DNA of 47,358 nucleotides, from assembly GCF_004010195.1 (NCBI RefSeq), contig NC_057718.1, positions 57,753,615 to 57,800,972 on the forward strand, read 5' to 3'. Under the pieces are notes generated by a model. It did not search any database, was not told the origin of the DNA, and saw only the letters and a list, made by a program, of their open reading frames with translations. Shown piece by piece: positions 1-11,095 of the stretch (position 1 is its first letter; each line of letters starts with the position of its first letter). Made by a program: the position numbers and the translations under genes. The DNA is from Chiloscyllium plagiosum (lineage: Eukaryota).

Positions 1-196
1 TTCATCCCCTCCCCCACTCACCTATTGTACTCTATGCTACTTTCTCCCCACCCCCACCCTCCTCTAGCTTATCTCTCCACGCTTCAGGCTCTCTGCCTTT
101 TATTCCTGATGAAGGGCTTTTGCCCGAAATATCGATTTCGCTGCTCCTTGGATGCTGCCTGAACTGCTGTGCTCTTCCAGCACCACTAATCCAGAG
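1..196 (+). mobile_element. 3' end of a Penelope-like element (pLTR) with a hammerhead-ribozyme core; cut by the window start
   Basis: CTGATGA (106-112), A, stem-loop GGGC-TTTT-GCCC (114-125), GAAA (126-129), then TATC. Followed by the tail GATGCTGCCTGAACTGCTGTGCTCTTCCAGCA, which resembles the tails at about 10050 and 18030. Confidence 0.75.
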
Positions 197-372
197 TGAA
201 AATGCCATCTTACTCAGTGGTACCTATAGAGGATTTGAGACCAATAGTATTCTGGATTGATTCTGAAAGAGCCTAGCAAGCTATACTCATGAATACTTGT
301 TTAAAAGCATTTAGAGATAGGCAATACTGCTAGCCTTGTCCAGTAAGCACACATCCCAATGAATGATTGATA
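197..372 (+). mobile_element. Decayed 3' part of the second SINE family (tail shared with LINE family B)
   Basis: Ends in GGCAATACTGCTAGCCTTGTCCAGTAAGCACACATCCCAATGAATGA, matching the ...CATCCCATGAATGAAT-type tail at 5590 (minus), 9765, 33000 and 36165. Confidence 0.5.
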
Positions 373-774
373 AAGAGAAAAGTGGGTGCAAACATGATGC
401 TGCAACCGACTAGCAGAAATCTGCAAGGACTGATTCTGAAAAAACCTAGCAAGCTACTGATTTTAAAACTGCAGCATTTTAGATTTATATTTGTGTTCAC
501 TCACTATCTCTTACCTTTCTCATTGGAATTCTAATTTTCTCATTTCCAGTTCCATCTCCAACCTCCTCATTTTTGCTTCATGTAGAAATTGGAGCATAAA
601 CTTAATTGATTCAGTGCTTGTGGCCAAGCACAAGCTGAAAGTCTGCCTGTCCTTAGCAAAAGATGTCCAGCTGGTGAATTGTGACAGCACACATCTTAAT
701 CTGCTCATCTTCGAAAGGTTGGATGTCCTATAAATGTTTTCATTTTGCCTAGTGAGGTCAACCATTTCAGCCTA

Positions 775-1056
775 GGGCATCAGAAATGCCAGGTAATAAC
801 CAAGTCCAATAGGAGAGAATCTAACCATTATCCCTTAACATTCTGTAGTATTACTGTTGCTGAATCTCCCATTATCAATGTCCTTGAAATTAACATTGAC
901 CAAAAACTTGATTGCACCACTTTTATAAATGCTATGTCTACACAAGCATGTCAGAAGCTAAGAACCCTGACTCCCTACAAGGTACAAGTCATGAGTATGT
1001 TGGAATCATCTCCATTTGTTTGGATGGGTACAGCTCCAACAACAAGCAAAAAGTCA
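775..1056 (+). mobile_element. ORF2 fragment of LINE family B (CR1/L2-group non-LTR retrotransposon)
   Basis: ORF 745-1086 contains ESPIINVLEINIDQKL and YKVQVMSMLESSPFVWMG, post-RT motifs of non-LTR elements. Homologous to the minus-strand copy at about 6000-6300. Confidence 0.7.
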
Positions 1057-1345
1057 CAGGAGAGGTACTGGAAGACTGAAGGATAGCAAAAGTGCTGAAT
1101 TTGTTCAAGAAGGGTGGTTGGGATAAACCAGGGAACTATTGGCCAATGAATCTAACATCAGTGGTAGATAAACATTTTGGATCAAGGCCTGAGGGATAGA
1201 ATTAATTTACACTTGGAGAGACAAGATTAATCAAGAATAATGAGCCTGGATTTATCAAGAAGAGTACATGGCTGACAGGTTTGAACAAGTGTTTCCGGAG
1301 GTTTCTAGGTGTGTAAAGATATGCTATTGATGTTGACTACCTGAG
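1057..1345 (+). mobile_element. Decayed CR1 LINE ORF2 fragment (RT N-terminal region)
   Basis: Translates to EVLED*RIAKV..LFKKGGWDKPGNYWPMNLTSVV, matching EVPEDWKLANVVPLFKKGGKDKPGNYRPVSLTSVV in the young copy at about 45540. Confidence 0.8.
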
Positions 1346-1364
1346 TGTTGCCTAACCAAATTTC

Positions 1365-1580
1365 ATTCCCAAATGCCACATTAATGATTGAGATGGAGTT
1401 TTACAACAATTGATGATCGTATCACTTTTTACTGAGGCAAGATCTTAATTTCAGATCTAAAATTGAATTCGAATTTCACCAACAGCCATAGTGGGATTTG
1501 AACCCTTGCCCCAAAGCATCATTCTGGGCCTCAGGATTAGGAGGCTGACTCTTAATGGTATTGCCACTACACCACTATCA
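1365..1580 (-). mobile_element. Decayed copy of the second tRNA-derived SINE family (5' part)
   Basis: Reverse complement contains TAGTGGTGTAGTGG (A-box-like), GGGTTCAAATCCC (B-box-like) and GGTGAAATTCGAATTCAAT, as in the copies at 32685 and 35298. Confidence 0.55.
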
Positions 1581-2639
1581 TCCTACCAGTCCACCATTAC
1601 GTCAAACTCACCTTTTCTCCCTGCCCCTCAACTCCTTCTCTCTAAGTAAATGGTTCGAAGTTGCCTCTGATCCCAGTTAAATTATCTTCTTTGCTAACCT
1701 TGCAGGTAATTATGTTAGAATTAACTTTTGTATGCACTGTTAAACTGAGTCCACATCTCATTATGTGATAGGTTTGCTGCCAGCATCCTGTTTAAGAGGA
1801 GAGATCTATATAGCCTTCTTGGTCCAGTGTGGTAGCACTTGTAGTAAGAGTAGCACTTAATGGTCTGGCTAGAAGATGATTTAGCGTTGAATGAGATATA
1901 GTTTATTGCATGTTACCAACAATTCCAGGTCACATTGATCTGATAGATACTGTTACAGAGACCATGAGGAGGATTTGGATCTTAAGTCTTACTCCTTTGA
2001 GAACTAAAGCTATTCTTCTATCAAGTCCATATGACATCTTCATTGTGTGGGTGGTGCTTAATGCACTCGTCAGTATGAATCCTTTTAGAAACGTACACTC
2101 CTAAGCAACCTCTCTACCAATATAATTACATTTATCAAGATTTCATCTGCCCCCCAGACTTTACAAATGCAGGCATCTAGAGGATTGACTATTCTCCCAG
2201 AATGTGTTCTCTTTGAACTTGGAAGATTGATAGATCTCTGGGTTGAAGATTGTTGACTTTGGTTATTTTCCTGAAAGTATGAAATCTGAAAGTTCCATTT
2301 AATTGGAGGACCCTCTAATCTTCTGAATCTCCTTTGTGAAAGTGGTCTTTCCTGTTGAAGTAGGCAGTTGTCTTCATTTCAGCATCCTGGATCTTTGAAC
2401 CAGGCAATTTCATTTTTGAAATACCTGAAACATTGCACATTGGCCATCCCTTCTCAGTGGTGGCATGTTTCACCCTGAGTAGGGTATCTTCATTCATTGT
2501 GGCAATGCTTGTTCTATTCTTCATAATGTAGGAAGCTAGGATATGGTAATAAAAGATCCAACAGCTATTTATTATAGCTCAATAGTGGATATACATATTT
2601 ATATTCACAGGCATATCTGTCTGTGGGTTAACATTCAGT

Positions 2640-2820
2640 TATAGAAAATAACATGCTTCCACCTGTCTAAGGAGCCTTGGTGAATTTCTACAGAGCATTT
2701 TGTAGATAGTACATCCAGCTTCTTTTGAGCATCAGTGTAGAAGGGGTGGATATAGTGCCAATTAAGCAGGCTGCTTTATCTTGGATGGGGTGAAGCTCCT
2801 TGTTTTGTTGGAGCAAACAC
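2640..2820 (-). mobile_element. LINE family B fragment
   Basis: CTGTCTAAGGAGCCTTGGTGAATTTC...GTGCCAATTAAGCAGGCTGC matches 5892-6050. Confidence 0.6.
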
Positions 2821-3371
2821 TTTGTGCTTCAACATTACATTAGCTTGGACTAACGTATTCATCCTCGGAAATTGCAACATCTCATTTTCACAGTTCTGCT
2901 AACTGAGGTCCGCTCCTGATTTGGTATGATCTCTGTTACCGTTACTGAGAATGCTTCCCAGAAGAAAAGAAAATGAAATTCTTTGCTTGAACTTGTCTCT
3001 TCTGAGTCACCTGAGTATCTAAAATCAGACTTGAATCTGTCATTATTATTTTTTAACCAATGTGTTGACCTCTGAGTTACATCAGTTAAAGATTCATTAG
3101 TTAGCTCATTGGTTGTCTCATTTTTGTGTGCTTCCTTCCAAACTTTGCTGATTCTTGCAGTCTGAACTCTGCTTAGTGTTGACATCAATGGAAAACATGT
3201 TTTTTTAATCCAGTATCATTGCAGGTTTCTATCTTGTTGACAGTATAAAACATATTTCTTATGATGACACAAAGCTCAATGGTTTCTGACTTCTGTTTGG
3301 GCTTCAGCATCTATCTTGGTAGCCCAATGAAATCTTCTTTCATTGGTCCTTTAAACACATTCTGCCATGAC

Positions 3372-3703
3372 GGCACGGTGGCACAGTGGTTAGCACTGCT
3401 GCCTCACGGCGCCAGAGACCCGGGTTCAATTCCTCACCTCAGGTGACTGACTGTGTGGAGTTTGCACATTCTGCCCGTGTCTGCGTGGGTTTCCTCCGGG
3501 TGCTCCGGTTTCCTCCCACAGTCCAAAAATGTGCAGGTTAGGTGAATTGGCCATGCTAAAAATTGCCCGTAGTGTTAGGTGCAGCAGTAAATGTAGGGGA
3601 TGGGTCTGGGTGGGTGCGCTTCGGCGAGTCGGTGTGGACTTGTTGGGCCGAAGGGCCTGTTTCCACACTGTAAGTAATCTAATCTAATCTAATCTAATCT
3701 AAT
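3372..3703 (+). mobile_element. HE1-type (V-SINE) tRNA-derived SINE, near full length
   Basis: A box TGGCACAGTGG (3379-3389), B box GGTTCAATTCC (3423-3433), central TGTGTGGAGTTTGCACATTCT...GGTTTCCTCCGGGTGCTCCGGTTTCCTCCCACAGTCCAAA, CR1-like tail, (AATCT)n end. Direct repeat CATGAC at 3366-3371 and 3704-3709. Confidence 0.93.
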
Positions 3704-4889
3704 CATGACTGGCTGCTCTTAACCCAGGTGTGCTTTTTTTAAACTTTAGCTACTTTAACTTGTTCCTCCATTTGAAGAAGATTGAGGATAAGATACATAT
3801 TCATACTCAAGAATGGGAATTCTTAATTATGAATGATGCATAGTTTTTTTTACTATTTGGCTTTACTTATGTCGGAGAGTTGGTTGGATCATACCTTTTA
3901 TATTAAGTACTACATAGTTACACTGTTGATGTTTGTAGACAGTGGTGTCGTAAGCTTAGTTTACTGTCTGATCAAGATAGTGACACCAGTCCCAGTATTT
4001 ACCTTGAAATATTCGAGAAGGCCAATGATATTGTTTATCTTCCCTTCATAAGATTTGTCTATACTTCTTTCAGACTTCTGCTTCCTTACCATCTGAATGG
4101 CTTTCTCTTGAGTCAAATTTCTTTGGGTTGTAATAAATTTAACTAAGGCTTATCAGCAATTATCTTATGAATTCTGACTTTAAACCACATTGCTGTATTT
4201 TTCCATTAATTTGTAGAGATCATTAATGAATCAATCTATAAACCCTTCTGCTCACTGAACTCATCTATTAGATCTTGCTGTGTCTTGAATTTCATTTGTT
4301 CTGAACTTTAAAAAAATCTCAAAGTCACTTCATATCTATTGTTTCTTTCTCACTTTAACAAGCTATAATGTAATCACCTTAACCCCCTATTATATATAAA
4401 TGTCTATTTACTTGTTCAGCTATAGATTGAGTAACTAATTTGGAAGCTGTTTTGTATCCTAAGAATTGTTTTGTCCAAGATATCTACTTCTGTATTTTAT
4501 TTGGCCCATCTTGGAAATTAAGACCTGCTGGCAATATTGCATTTGATGTTATGTCTTCCTAACGTGATTATTTGTTTTCCATAAAAAAAAAGCCTTTTTT
4601 TTGTAACAGGAGCGCAATTGTTACTTTGTGGTGCTGTTCTGGATTGTTTTTCTGACTTTGAGGTCAAAATGGAGGATTTCCACCTTATGCCCACTTTAAT
4701 CATGGTTTTATGAAAAAATCCTGCTATCCATGACTTCAAGAAATGGCTTTATTTTGGGGGTGATTTTTGTTGTCAATGATTATAATAATGAATCATGTTG
4801 ATTTCATCTTTCTTCCTAGATGATTGTTATTCACCCTTGATTCAAATTAAAGTTTACCATCTTCCCACCTTTGGCTGCCACCTTGCCTT

Positions 4890-5206
4890 AGTTGTTAGCA
4901 CCGCTGCCTTACAGAACCAGAGACACCGGTTTGATACCAGCCTCAGGTGACTATGTGGAGTTTGCACATTTTCCCCGTGCCTATGTGGGTTTCCACTGGG
5001 TGGTCTGCTTTCCTCTCATAGTCCAATGATGTGCAAGTTGAGTAGATTGCACATAGTGTCCAGGTGGATTAGTGGTAAATGCAGGAATATGGGAAGACGG
5101 TTGGTGGGGGGGGGGGAGGGGCTTGGTCTGATTGAGATGCTCTTCAGAGGACAGATGTAGACTCAATGGGCTGAACAGCCTTTTTCCATACTGTAGGGCT
5201 TCTATA
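4890..5206 (+). mobile_element. Older, diverged HE1-type SINE
   Basis: GTTAGCACCGCTGCCTTACAG...TGTGGAGTTTGCACATT...TTTCCATACTGTAGGGCTTCTATA, colinear with 3372-3703. Confidence 0.85.
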
Positions 5207-5589
5207 ACAATTAAATGATGGATCTTTCTTGGGAGTGCTCTTTTAGACCTTGGCCAGATGACACAGCCTTGCTGCTTTGGTATAACTAATTCTTTATTTC
5301 CAGAAAGCTCCTAACTCTCATGCTGCATCACATCTCTAACCAGGTCAGAATCGCTTCACCACTTACTAGATTCTTGCTCCACAACAGCTTCCACTTTAAG
5401 ATTCTTAAAGGTTTAGCTGTTTCCTAATGCTTAGTGCCTGCATGAAGACATCATATAAAGACACTAAAAAATCTACAACATGGTGGCATTTTGCACGAGT
5501 CTGCCAAATGAAATCCTCCCCACTGCTCACCATGTTGTACGTGCACTAAAACTGAGTCTGCACCTCACTATTTGGCAGGATGTTTTGGT

Positions 5590-7157
5590 TCATTCATTCA
5601 TGGGAAGTGGGCATTGCTGGCTAGCCAACATTTATTGCCTGTCACTCGTTCCACTTGAGAAGGTGATGGTGACGTGCCTTCTTGAAACACTGCAGTCCAC
5701 CTGCTATGGGTCATCCACAATGCTGCCAGAGAGGGCATTCCCGGATTTCGCTCCAGCGACAGTAAGGAAGGATGATGTATTTCCAAGTCAAAATGGTGAC
5801 CAGCTTGGAGGGAAACTTGCAGTTGGTGGCGTTCCCATGTATCTGCCGCCCTTGTCCTTCCAGATGGAAGTGGTCATGAGTTTGGAAGGGGCTGTCTAAG
5901 GATGTTTGGTGAATTTCCATGGAGCATCTCATAAATAGTACAGACTACTGCTAGTGAGCTTTGGCAATGGGGGGAGTGGATGTTTGTGATATGTCACCAA
6001 TCAAGCAAGCTGTCCTAGATAGTGTCAAGCTTCTTGAGTGCTGTTGGAATTGCACCTAGCCAGGCGAGTGAGGAGTATTTCATCACACTCCTGAAATGTG
6101 GATGATTGATCAGCTTTGGGGAGTCAGGATGTGAGTTATCAATACAGTATTCCTACACTCTGACTACTCTTGTAGCCATTGTATTTATGTGCTGGGTCCA
6201 GTTGAGCTTCTGGTCAACAGTAACCCCAAGATAGTGTGGGATTCAGTCATGGTAGCACCATTGAATGCCATGGAGAGGTGGTTAGGGTGTATCTTATTGG
6301 TGATGGTCATAACCTGGCATTTGCATGGCGTGAATGTTATTTGCCACTCATCAGCCCAAGCCTGGATATTGTTCAGGTCCTATTGCATTTGGATATGGAC
6401 TGTTTCAGTATCTCAAATGGTGTTGAACACTGTGCAAGACTGGCAAACATCCCTACTTCTGACCTTATGATGGAGAGAAGGTTGCTGATGAAGCAGCTGA
6501 AGATGGTTGGGCCTAGGACACTACCCTGGGGAACTTCTGCAGAGATGTCCTGGAGCTGAGATGACTGACTTCTAATAACCATGACCATCTCTGTACATGC
6601 CAGGTATGACTTCAACCAGCAGGGAGTTTGCCCCAATACCTGTTGATTCCAATTTTGCTTGACTCCATCATGCCATACTCAGTTGAATTCGACCTTGATG
6701 TCAAGGGTTGTCACTCTCACCTCACCTCTGGAATTGAGCTTGATCCCCTGGTTTGGTGGCAATGGTTTAATGAGGGATATGCCAGGCCATGAGTTTACAG
6801 ATTGTGCTGGAGTGCGATTCTGCTGCTGTTGATGGCCGAGAGCACCTCACAGATGTCCAGTCTTGAGTTGCTCGATCTATTCAAAGTCTGTCTCATTTCA
6901 TATGTTGATAATGCTACACAACATGATGGAGGGTATTCTCAATGTGAAGGACTGTGCTATGGTCACTCTTACTGATCACTGTTAAAGACAGATGCATCTG
7001 CAGCCAGCAGATCGATAAGCATGAGATCAAACATGTTTTTACCTCTTATTGGTACCTTCGCTACCTGCTGCAGACCCAATCTAGCAGCTATGTCCTTTAG
7101 AACCCGACCAGCTTGATCAGTAATGTAGCTGCTGAACCACTCTTGGTGGTGGATATT
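5590..7157 (-). mobile_element. LINE family B (CR1/L2-group) 3' portion with RT remnants, internally deleted
   Basis: 3' tail ...CACTTCCCATGAATGAAT at about 5590. ORF 6373-6636 contains VPQGSVLGPTIFSCFI (RT motif). ORF 6969-7202 contains LQQVAKVPIRGKNMFDL (endonuclease end). Confidence 0.85.
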
Positions 7158-7929
7158 GCAGACATTATGACAACAGATGAACAGACACTGCACAACAATC
7201 ACCAGACAGGAATGTTCCCTCCCAGTCAGGGAACGCTTTAGTGGTCAAGGACATTCAGCCTCTGTAAGCATCCTAAAAGGTGATCTTTGAGATACACAAC
7301 AACGCAGAATCACCAAGCAGAAACCGTTTGCTAAGTTTCGTATTCATGAGGGTGACCTCAACTGTGATCGTGGGTGCATGTCATGCTACATATAGCTCCA
7401 CTATTCTGTGTTTGTAAATAATTCCTTATTGTTCTGTTTTGACCCGTTACCTGATAACTTGTGATTATCAATCTACCTTAATTATTTTGTAAAGTTTTTG
7501 ATTACTTTTTATTTTGGTTAGGCCCTCAGCATGCGACTCTGATACTTACTCATGTTATTCCAGCCATTTGGTTTGTCTCTATGACCATCTTATTTTTGAT
7601 TATTTGTAATTATTTCTCTGCCTTAATTAATTGGTTCATAGGTCATCCCTTTACTTGTTTATCAACTGTTGACACTTTACTCATGTTGTTTGACACTTGA
7701 TCACCTTCAAAGACTTGCTATTCAGCCTGTCAACACTCCACTCACATTATTTGCACTCATCTGTAGACTATCTTAATTACCTGGAATTATCTTGCCATTA
7801 TCTTTCTGCTTATATGTCCTGTACCCATGCCCCTTCGTCTACTTCACTTCAAGGTAAAATCTCTCCAAAAGTCTGTGATTTTAAATGAATCAGTCGGATT
7901 ATAACCCAGTGTCATGTGACTTCTGACTT
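7158..7929 (+). mobile_element. Penelope-like element 3' portion: GIY-YIG endonuclease C-terminal remnant, 3' UTR and decayed pLTR end
   Basis: 7159-7395 translates to QTL*QQMNRHCTTITRQECSLPVRERFSGQGHSAS...FAKFRIHEGDLNCDRGCMSCY, the typical Penelope ending. 7870-7929 (GGATTATAACCCAGTGTCATGTGACTTCTGACTT) resembles GGACTATAACCTGGTGTTGTGTGATTTTTAACTT at 44928-44961. Confidence 0.75.
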
Positions 7930-8100
7930 CCGATAGCTGTACAAGGTGTTGGTGAGACGACAACTAGAATTTTTCATGCAGTTTTGGTCTCCTTATCTGG
8001 GGAAGCATGTTCTTGTTATAGAGGGAGTAAAGCTAAGGGTTACCAGACTGGTTCCAGGGACGGTACGTCTGACATATGAGAAGAAATTGAATCTTTGGAC
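7930..8100 (+). mobile_element. CR1 ORF2 3' fragment
   Basis: LYKVLVRRQLEFFMQFWSPYLGK-type motif. Confidence 0.75.
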
Positions 8101-8119
8101 AATTTTTTGGGTCTGACTT

Positions 8120-8860
8120 CCAATGCAGGATTCATCCTTTTATTTTCTCTTTTCTTGTTTTTTCCTATCTTCTATTTTATTTACTTACCTCTTGAACTCA
8201 GATGGCATTGGCAGTGGACCTTGCAGACCTTGTGTGAGCCCAGCACAGACCATCTGTGAGCCCCGCATGGAAGGGAGTAGGCCTATCGCGAACATTGAGC
8301 ATTTGTAAAACTAGAGCGTTGGAGACAACGGTAGCAATGGAACCTGGCAGTGGCTTGGACCTAATGCAAGCCTGGGCAGTAGCAACTGGTGGCCAGTGGC
8401 AAAGGATGGTAGCAGCAGCGGTCGGCCACAAGAGATGGTGGCAGTGGCAACGTGATGGTTGGTGCTGAAGCCTTGTGAGTGGCAAAGCCTTGCGTTCCTG
8501 GGCAGGTGTTAGCCCAGCATGGGTAAAAGCACGCTCAGCATGGAGGCGAGTGAGACCTCTTGGGGAAGTCCAGCTTGGAGCATTTGCAGGCTCAAGATAG
8601 GACTGAAATGTTTGACATTTTAACTTTATTTCCTTATTTTTCTATTTTTATGCAAAGAAGACCGTAGTGCTGAACATTTTAACCTATTTCTTTACTTTTC
8701 TATTTCTGTAACTAAGGTATTGAAACTAAGGTTTTGTACCTAGGTACTTTGTACCTAAGGTGGCACCTTTTAGCGAGATTGTACATTTTCCACTGTACTT
8801 TTATACCCTGTACTTGAGTACATCTGACAATAAAACCTAAATCTTGATCTAAAATCTAAC
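8120..8860 (+). mobile_element. Non-autonomous element with a Rex1/Babar-type tail (copy 1)
   Basis: T-rich block, then GC-rich GGCAG-rich body, then tail TTTTCCACTGTAC...CTGACAATAAAAC with (ATCT)-like repeats. Same layout as 21068-21826 and 28447-29363. Confidence 0.6.
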
Positions 8861-9526
8861 AGATGTGATATAGCAAATCATTGCAAGCAGCATCAAGTGA
8901 ATCTATGCTCCATTTTTGTGGCCATAGCTGCTGCTGTATTCTGGCTGTTAAATTTAATAATCGCCAAGTCTCTTTGATAAGCTGCTGAGAGAGGATGAAT
9001 GTATAGGCTAGGTGGGTGAGGGAGGAAGGTAGCAGGTGAGTAGGTGAAGGTGGCAAGGTGGCAGCTGGCCACAGCTAGTTATGGTCAGGGCAAAGGTCAG
9101 ATGAAGTGGGGTGATTAGTGCCAGGAGAATTAGGCATCAGGAGTGAGAGGGCAAGTTGGTGGGCATGGTTAGGATAGCGTTGGAAGTGATTAATCTCTCT
9201 AACTTTGCCCAGGTCAGGTAAATAAGTTGGAACCATCAAAAGCCTTCAGCCCTTACTCAGTACTGGGAACTTTGGAGGGTTCTAAATGTCAGTAAATGAC
9301 AATTTGAAGTTTAAAGTTTCCAGGTAGTCAGTGCATTGAATTTCAAATCAGCCTCCCAATGTATATCTCTCAGGGTACATTTGACCTCCAATTGTCAGGA
9401 GATGGTAATATCTGTTCCATGGCTTTACTCACCTGAAAGAATGGAAATAGTGGAAAATCCTGCAAAATCTTCTAAACGTTTTAATCAATGTTTAGGTTAG
9501 GCAAAGCTCTGAACCAACAAAACAAC

Positions 9527-9772
9527 ATGGGAACACCACCACCTGTAAGTTCCCCTCCAAGACACTCACCAATCTGACTTGGAAATATATCACCTTTCCT
9601 CCACTATCACTGGGTTAAAATCCTGGAACTCAACCAGCATTGTGGGTCTACCTACAGGAAATGGAATGTAATGGTTCAAGAAAGCAGCTCACAACAGCCT
9701 TGTCAAGGGCAGCTCGGTATAGACAATTAATGCTGGCCAAGTCAATATTGCTCGCATCACATGAATGATTTG
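9527..9772 (+). mobile_element. LINE family B 3' end
   Basis: GGGAACACCACCACCTGTAAGTTCCCCTCCAAG...CATCACATGAATGAT is the reverse-complement homolog of 5590-5840. Confidence 0.75.
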
Positions 9773-9997
9773 TAACAAATAAATATTGCAAATTTTATTT
9801 TTGATGGACTGAGATATGGTTTCTTTCACAAAGCAAAGACTTGTTGTGACCATACCTGAATATTCCTTAAACCTCAAAATCAATCCTTTGCATGTTTTGT
9901 AATACAAATAAAATGTCCAATTCTGCATATTCAGAAAGTTGTTAATGTTAGTGCAGTGTGTTCTCACTTCACATATTTGGAATTAAAGGAATATATG

Positions 9998-10093
9998 GGG
10001 AAGAAAGTCACTGGACTCGAAACGTTAACTTTGTTTTTCTCTCAAAAGGTGCTGCCAGACCTGCTGAGTTTCTCCAGCATTCTCTGTTTTTGT
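9998..10093 (+). mobile_element. Short Penelope-derived element with a decayed hammerhead core
   Basis: AGTC-ACTG-GACT stem, then CGAAACGTT and the tail GCTGCCAGACCTGCTGAGTTTCTCCAGCA. The CTGANGA box is lost. Confidence 0.6.
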
Positions 10094-10589
10094 GCTAGTT
10101 GAAGACTTAAATTCTCTCTAAACATTGCTATTTAACTTTTCAGTGTTCATCTTGTATATCTTGTACTTCATGGCATATAGCAAATCCAATTGATAATTGT
10201 CGCCATTGGTTAACAATCACCAATAGCAAATACTAAATTCCAGATTTTCACCATAAAGGAGATCATCTGCACCAGGGCAATATTGCTAGAAGATGTCAGA
10301 ATCCTCAGACCTGCACCAAAATGGGCATTTCCTATTTTTGGGGAGCAAGATTGGGGGGTTGGCTGTGGTTCACACTTGCACTATTTAAATAGGCAGCTAG
10401 CCTTTTAATGATTGACTACCTCCATTTAAATTTGATTTGAGTTCCTGGTGTCTGGTACTTGGAATCTGGAGATTATGGAATATAGTGACTAGCTAAGAGT
10501 AAGTCTGTTCTTAGTGCATTGTTTTTGGATACCAAGAGTCCTCCTGTAAAGGGCTGAGGAATCCCCATGGATTTGGCTCTGGACTCAGA

Positions 10590-11095
10590 GATTCAGATAG
10601 TGCAGCAAAGACCCTTTGGCCCATTGGGTCTGCTCTGACATAACTATCACTAAAAGTGTAATAATCCCAATTTCCTGCACTTGTCCCATATCCTTGAATG
10701 TTATGATATTTAAAATACTCACCCAATTTTTTTGCAAGATTGTAAGGTTTCCAGCTTCCATCAACCTCCCAAACAGTGTATTCCAAATTCCCATCATCCC
10801 CTGAGTGAAAAAGCTTTTTCCTAAATCCCCTCTGAATCTTATGCCCCTTATCCTCAACCTATGCCCCCTCATGATTGACCCCTCAATCAAAGGGAACAGC
10901 TGTTCTCTCTTCACCCTGTTCTTACCCCTCATAATCCGAGACACCTCAATCATGTCCCCCTCATTCTTCTCTACTCTTAACAATAAAACAATCCAAGCCT
11001 TATAGTCTCTCCTTATAGCTCAATTTCTCCATCCCAGGCAACATCCAGGTGAAACTTCTCTGTACCTCCTCTATTGCTATCACATCCTTCCTGGA
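10590..11095 (-). mobile_element. CR1 LINE 3' end
   Basis: ORF 10585-10983 contains GDMIEVSRIMRG...RGHRLRIRG...FFTQGMMGIWNTL, the CR1 ORF2 C-terminus. Confidence 0.9.

Larger units (their letters stand above)
1900..4850 (-). mobile_element. Highly decayed Gypsy-like LTR retrotransposon internal region (gag-protease-pol remnants), interrupted by an HE1 SINE and a LINE fragment
   Basis: Minus-strand translations give gag-like ID*FINDLYKLMEK (about 4200-4240) and LTQEKAIQMVR (about 4085-4117), protease-like VNTGTGVTIL (about 3975-4001; DTG degenerate) and ATMNEDTLLRVKHATTEKGWP (ORF 2315-2524). The order is consistent with gag>pro>pol. No LTRs identified. Confidence 0.55.

Noticed and set aside
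520..765. ORF ending MRRLEMELEMRKLEFQ, coiled-coil-like
   Set aside because: No splice or homology support. It may be an LTR-element gag remnant but is too weak to call.
3372..3440. tRNA gene suggested by A and B boxes
   Set aside because: It is the tRNA-derived head of an HE1 SINE and continues into SINE body and tail; the same applies to the other copies.
3426..3668. Recurrent ORFs such as 3426-3668, 27755-28267, 28908-29231, 14899-15201, 38876-39208 and 46111-46632 that look like a gene family
   Set aside because: They are sense or antisense frames of HE1 SINEs and CR1 3' ends; the similarity reflects repeat copies.
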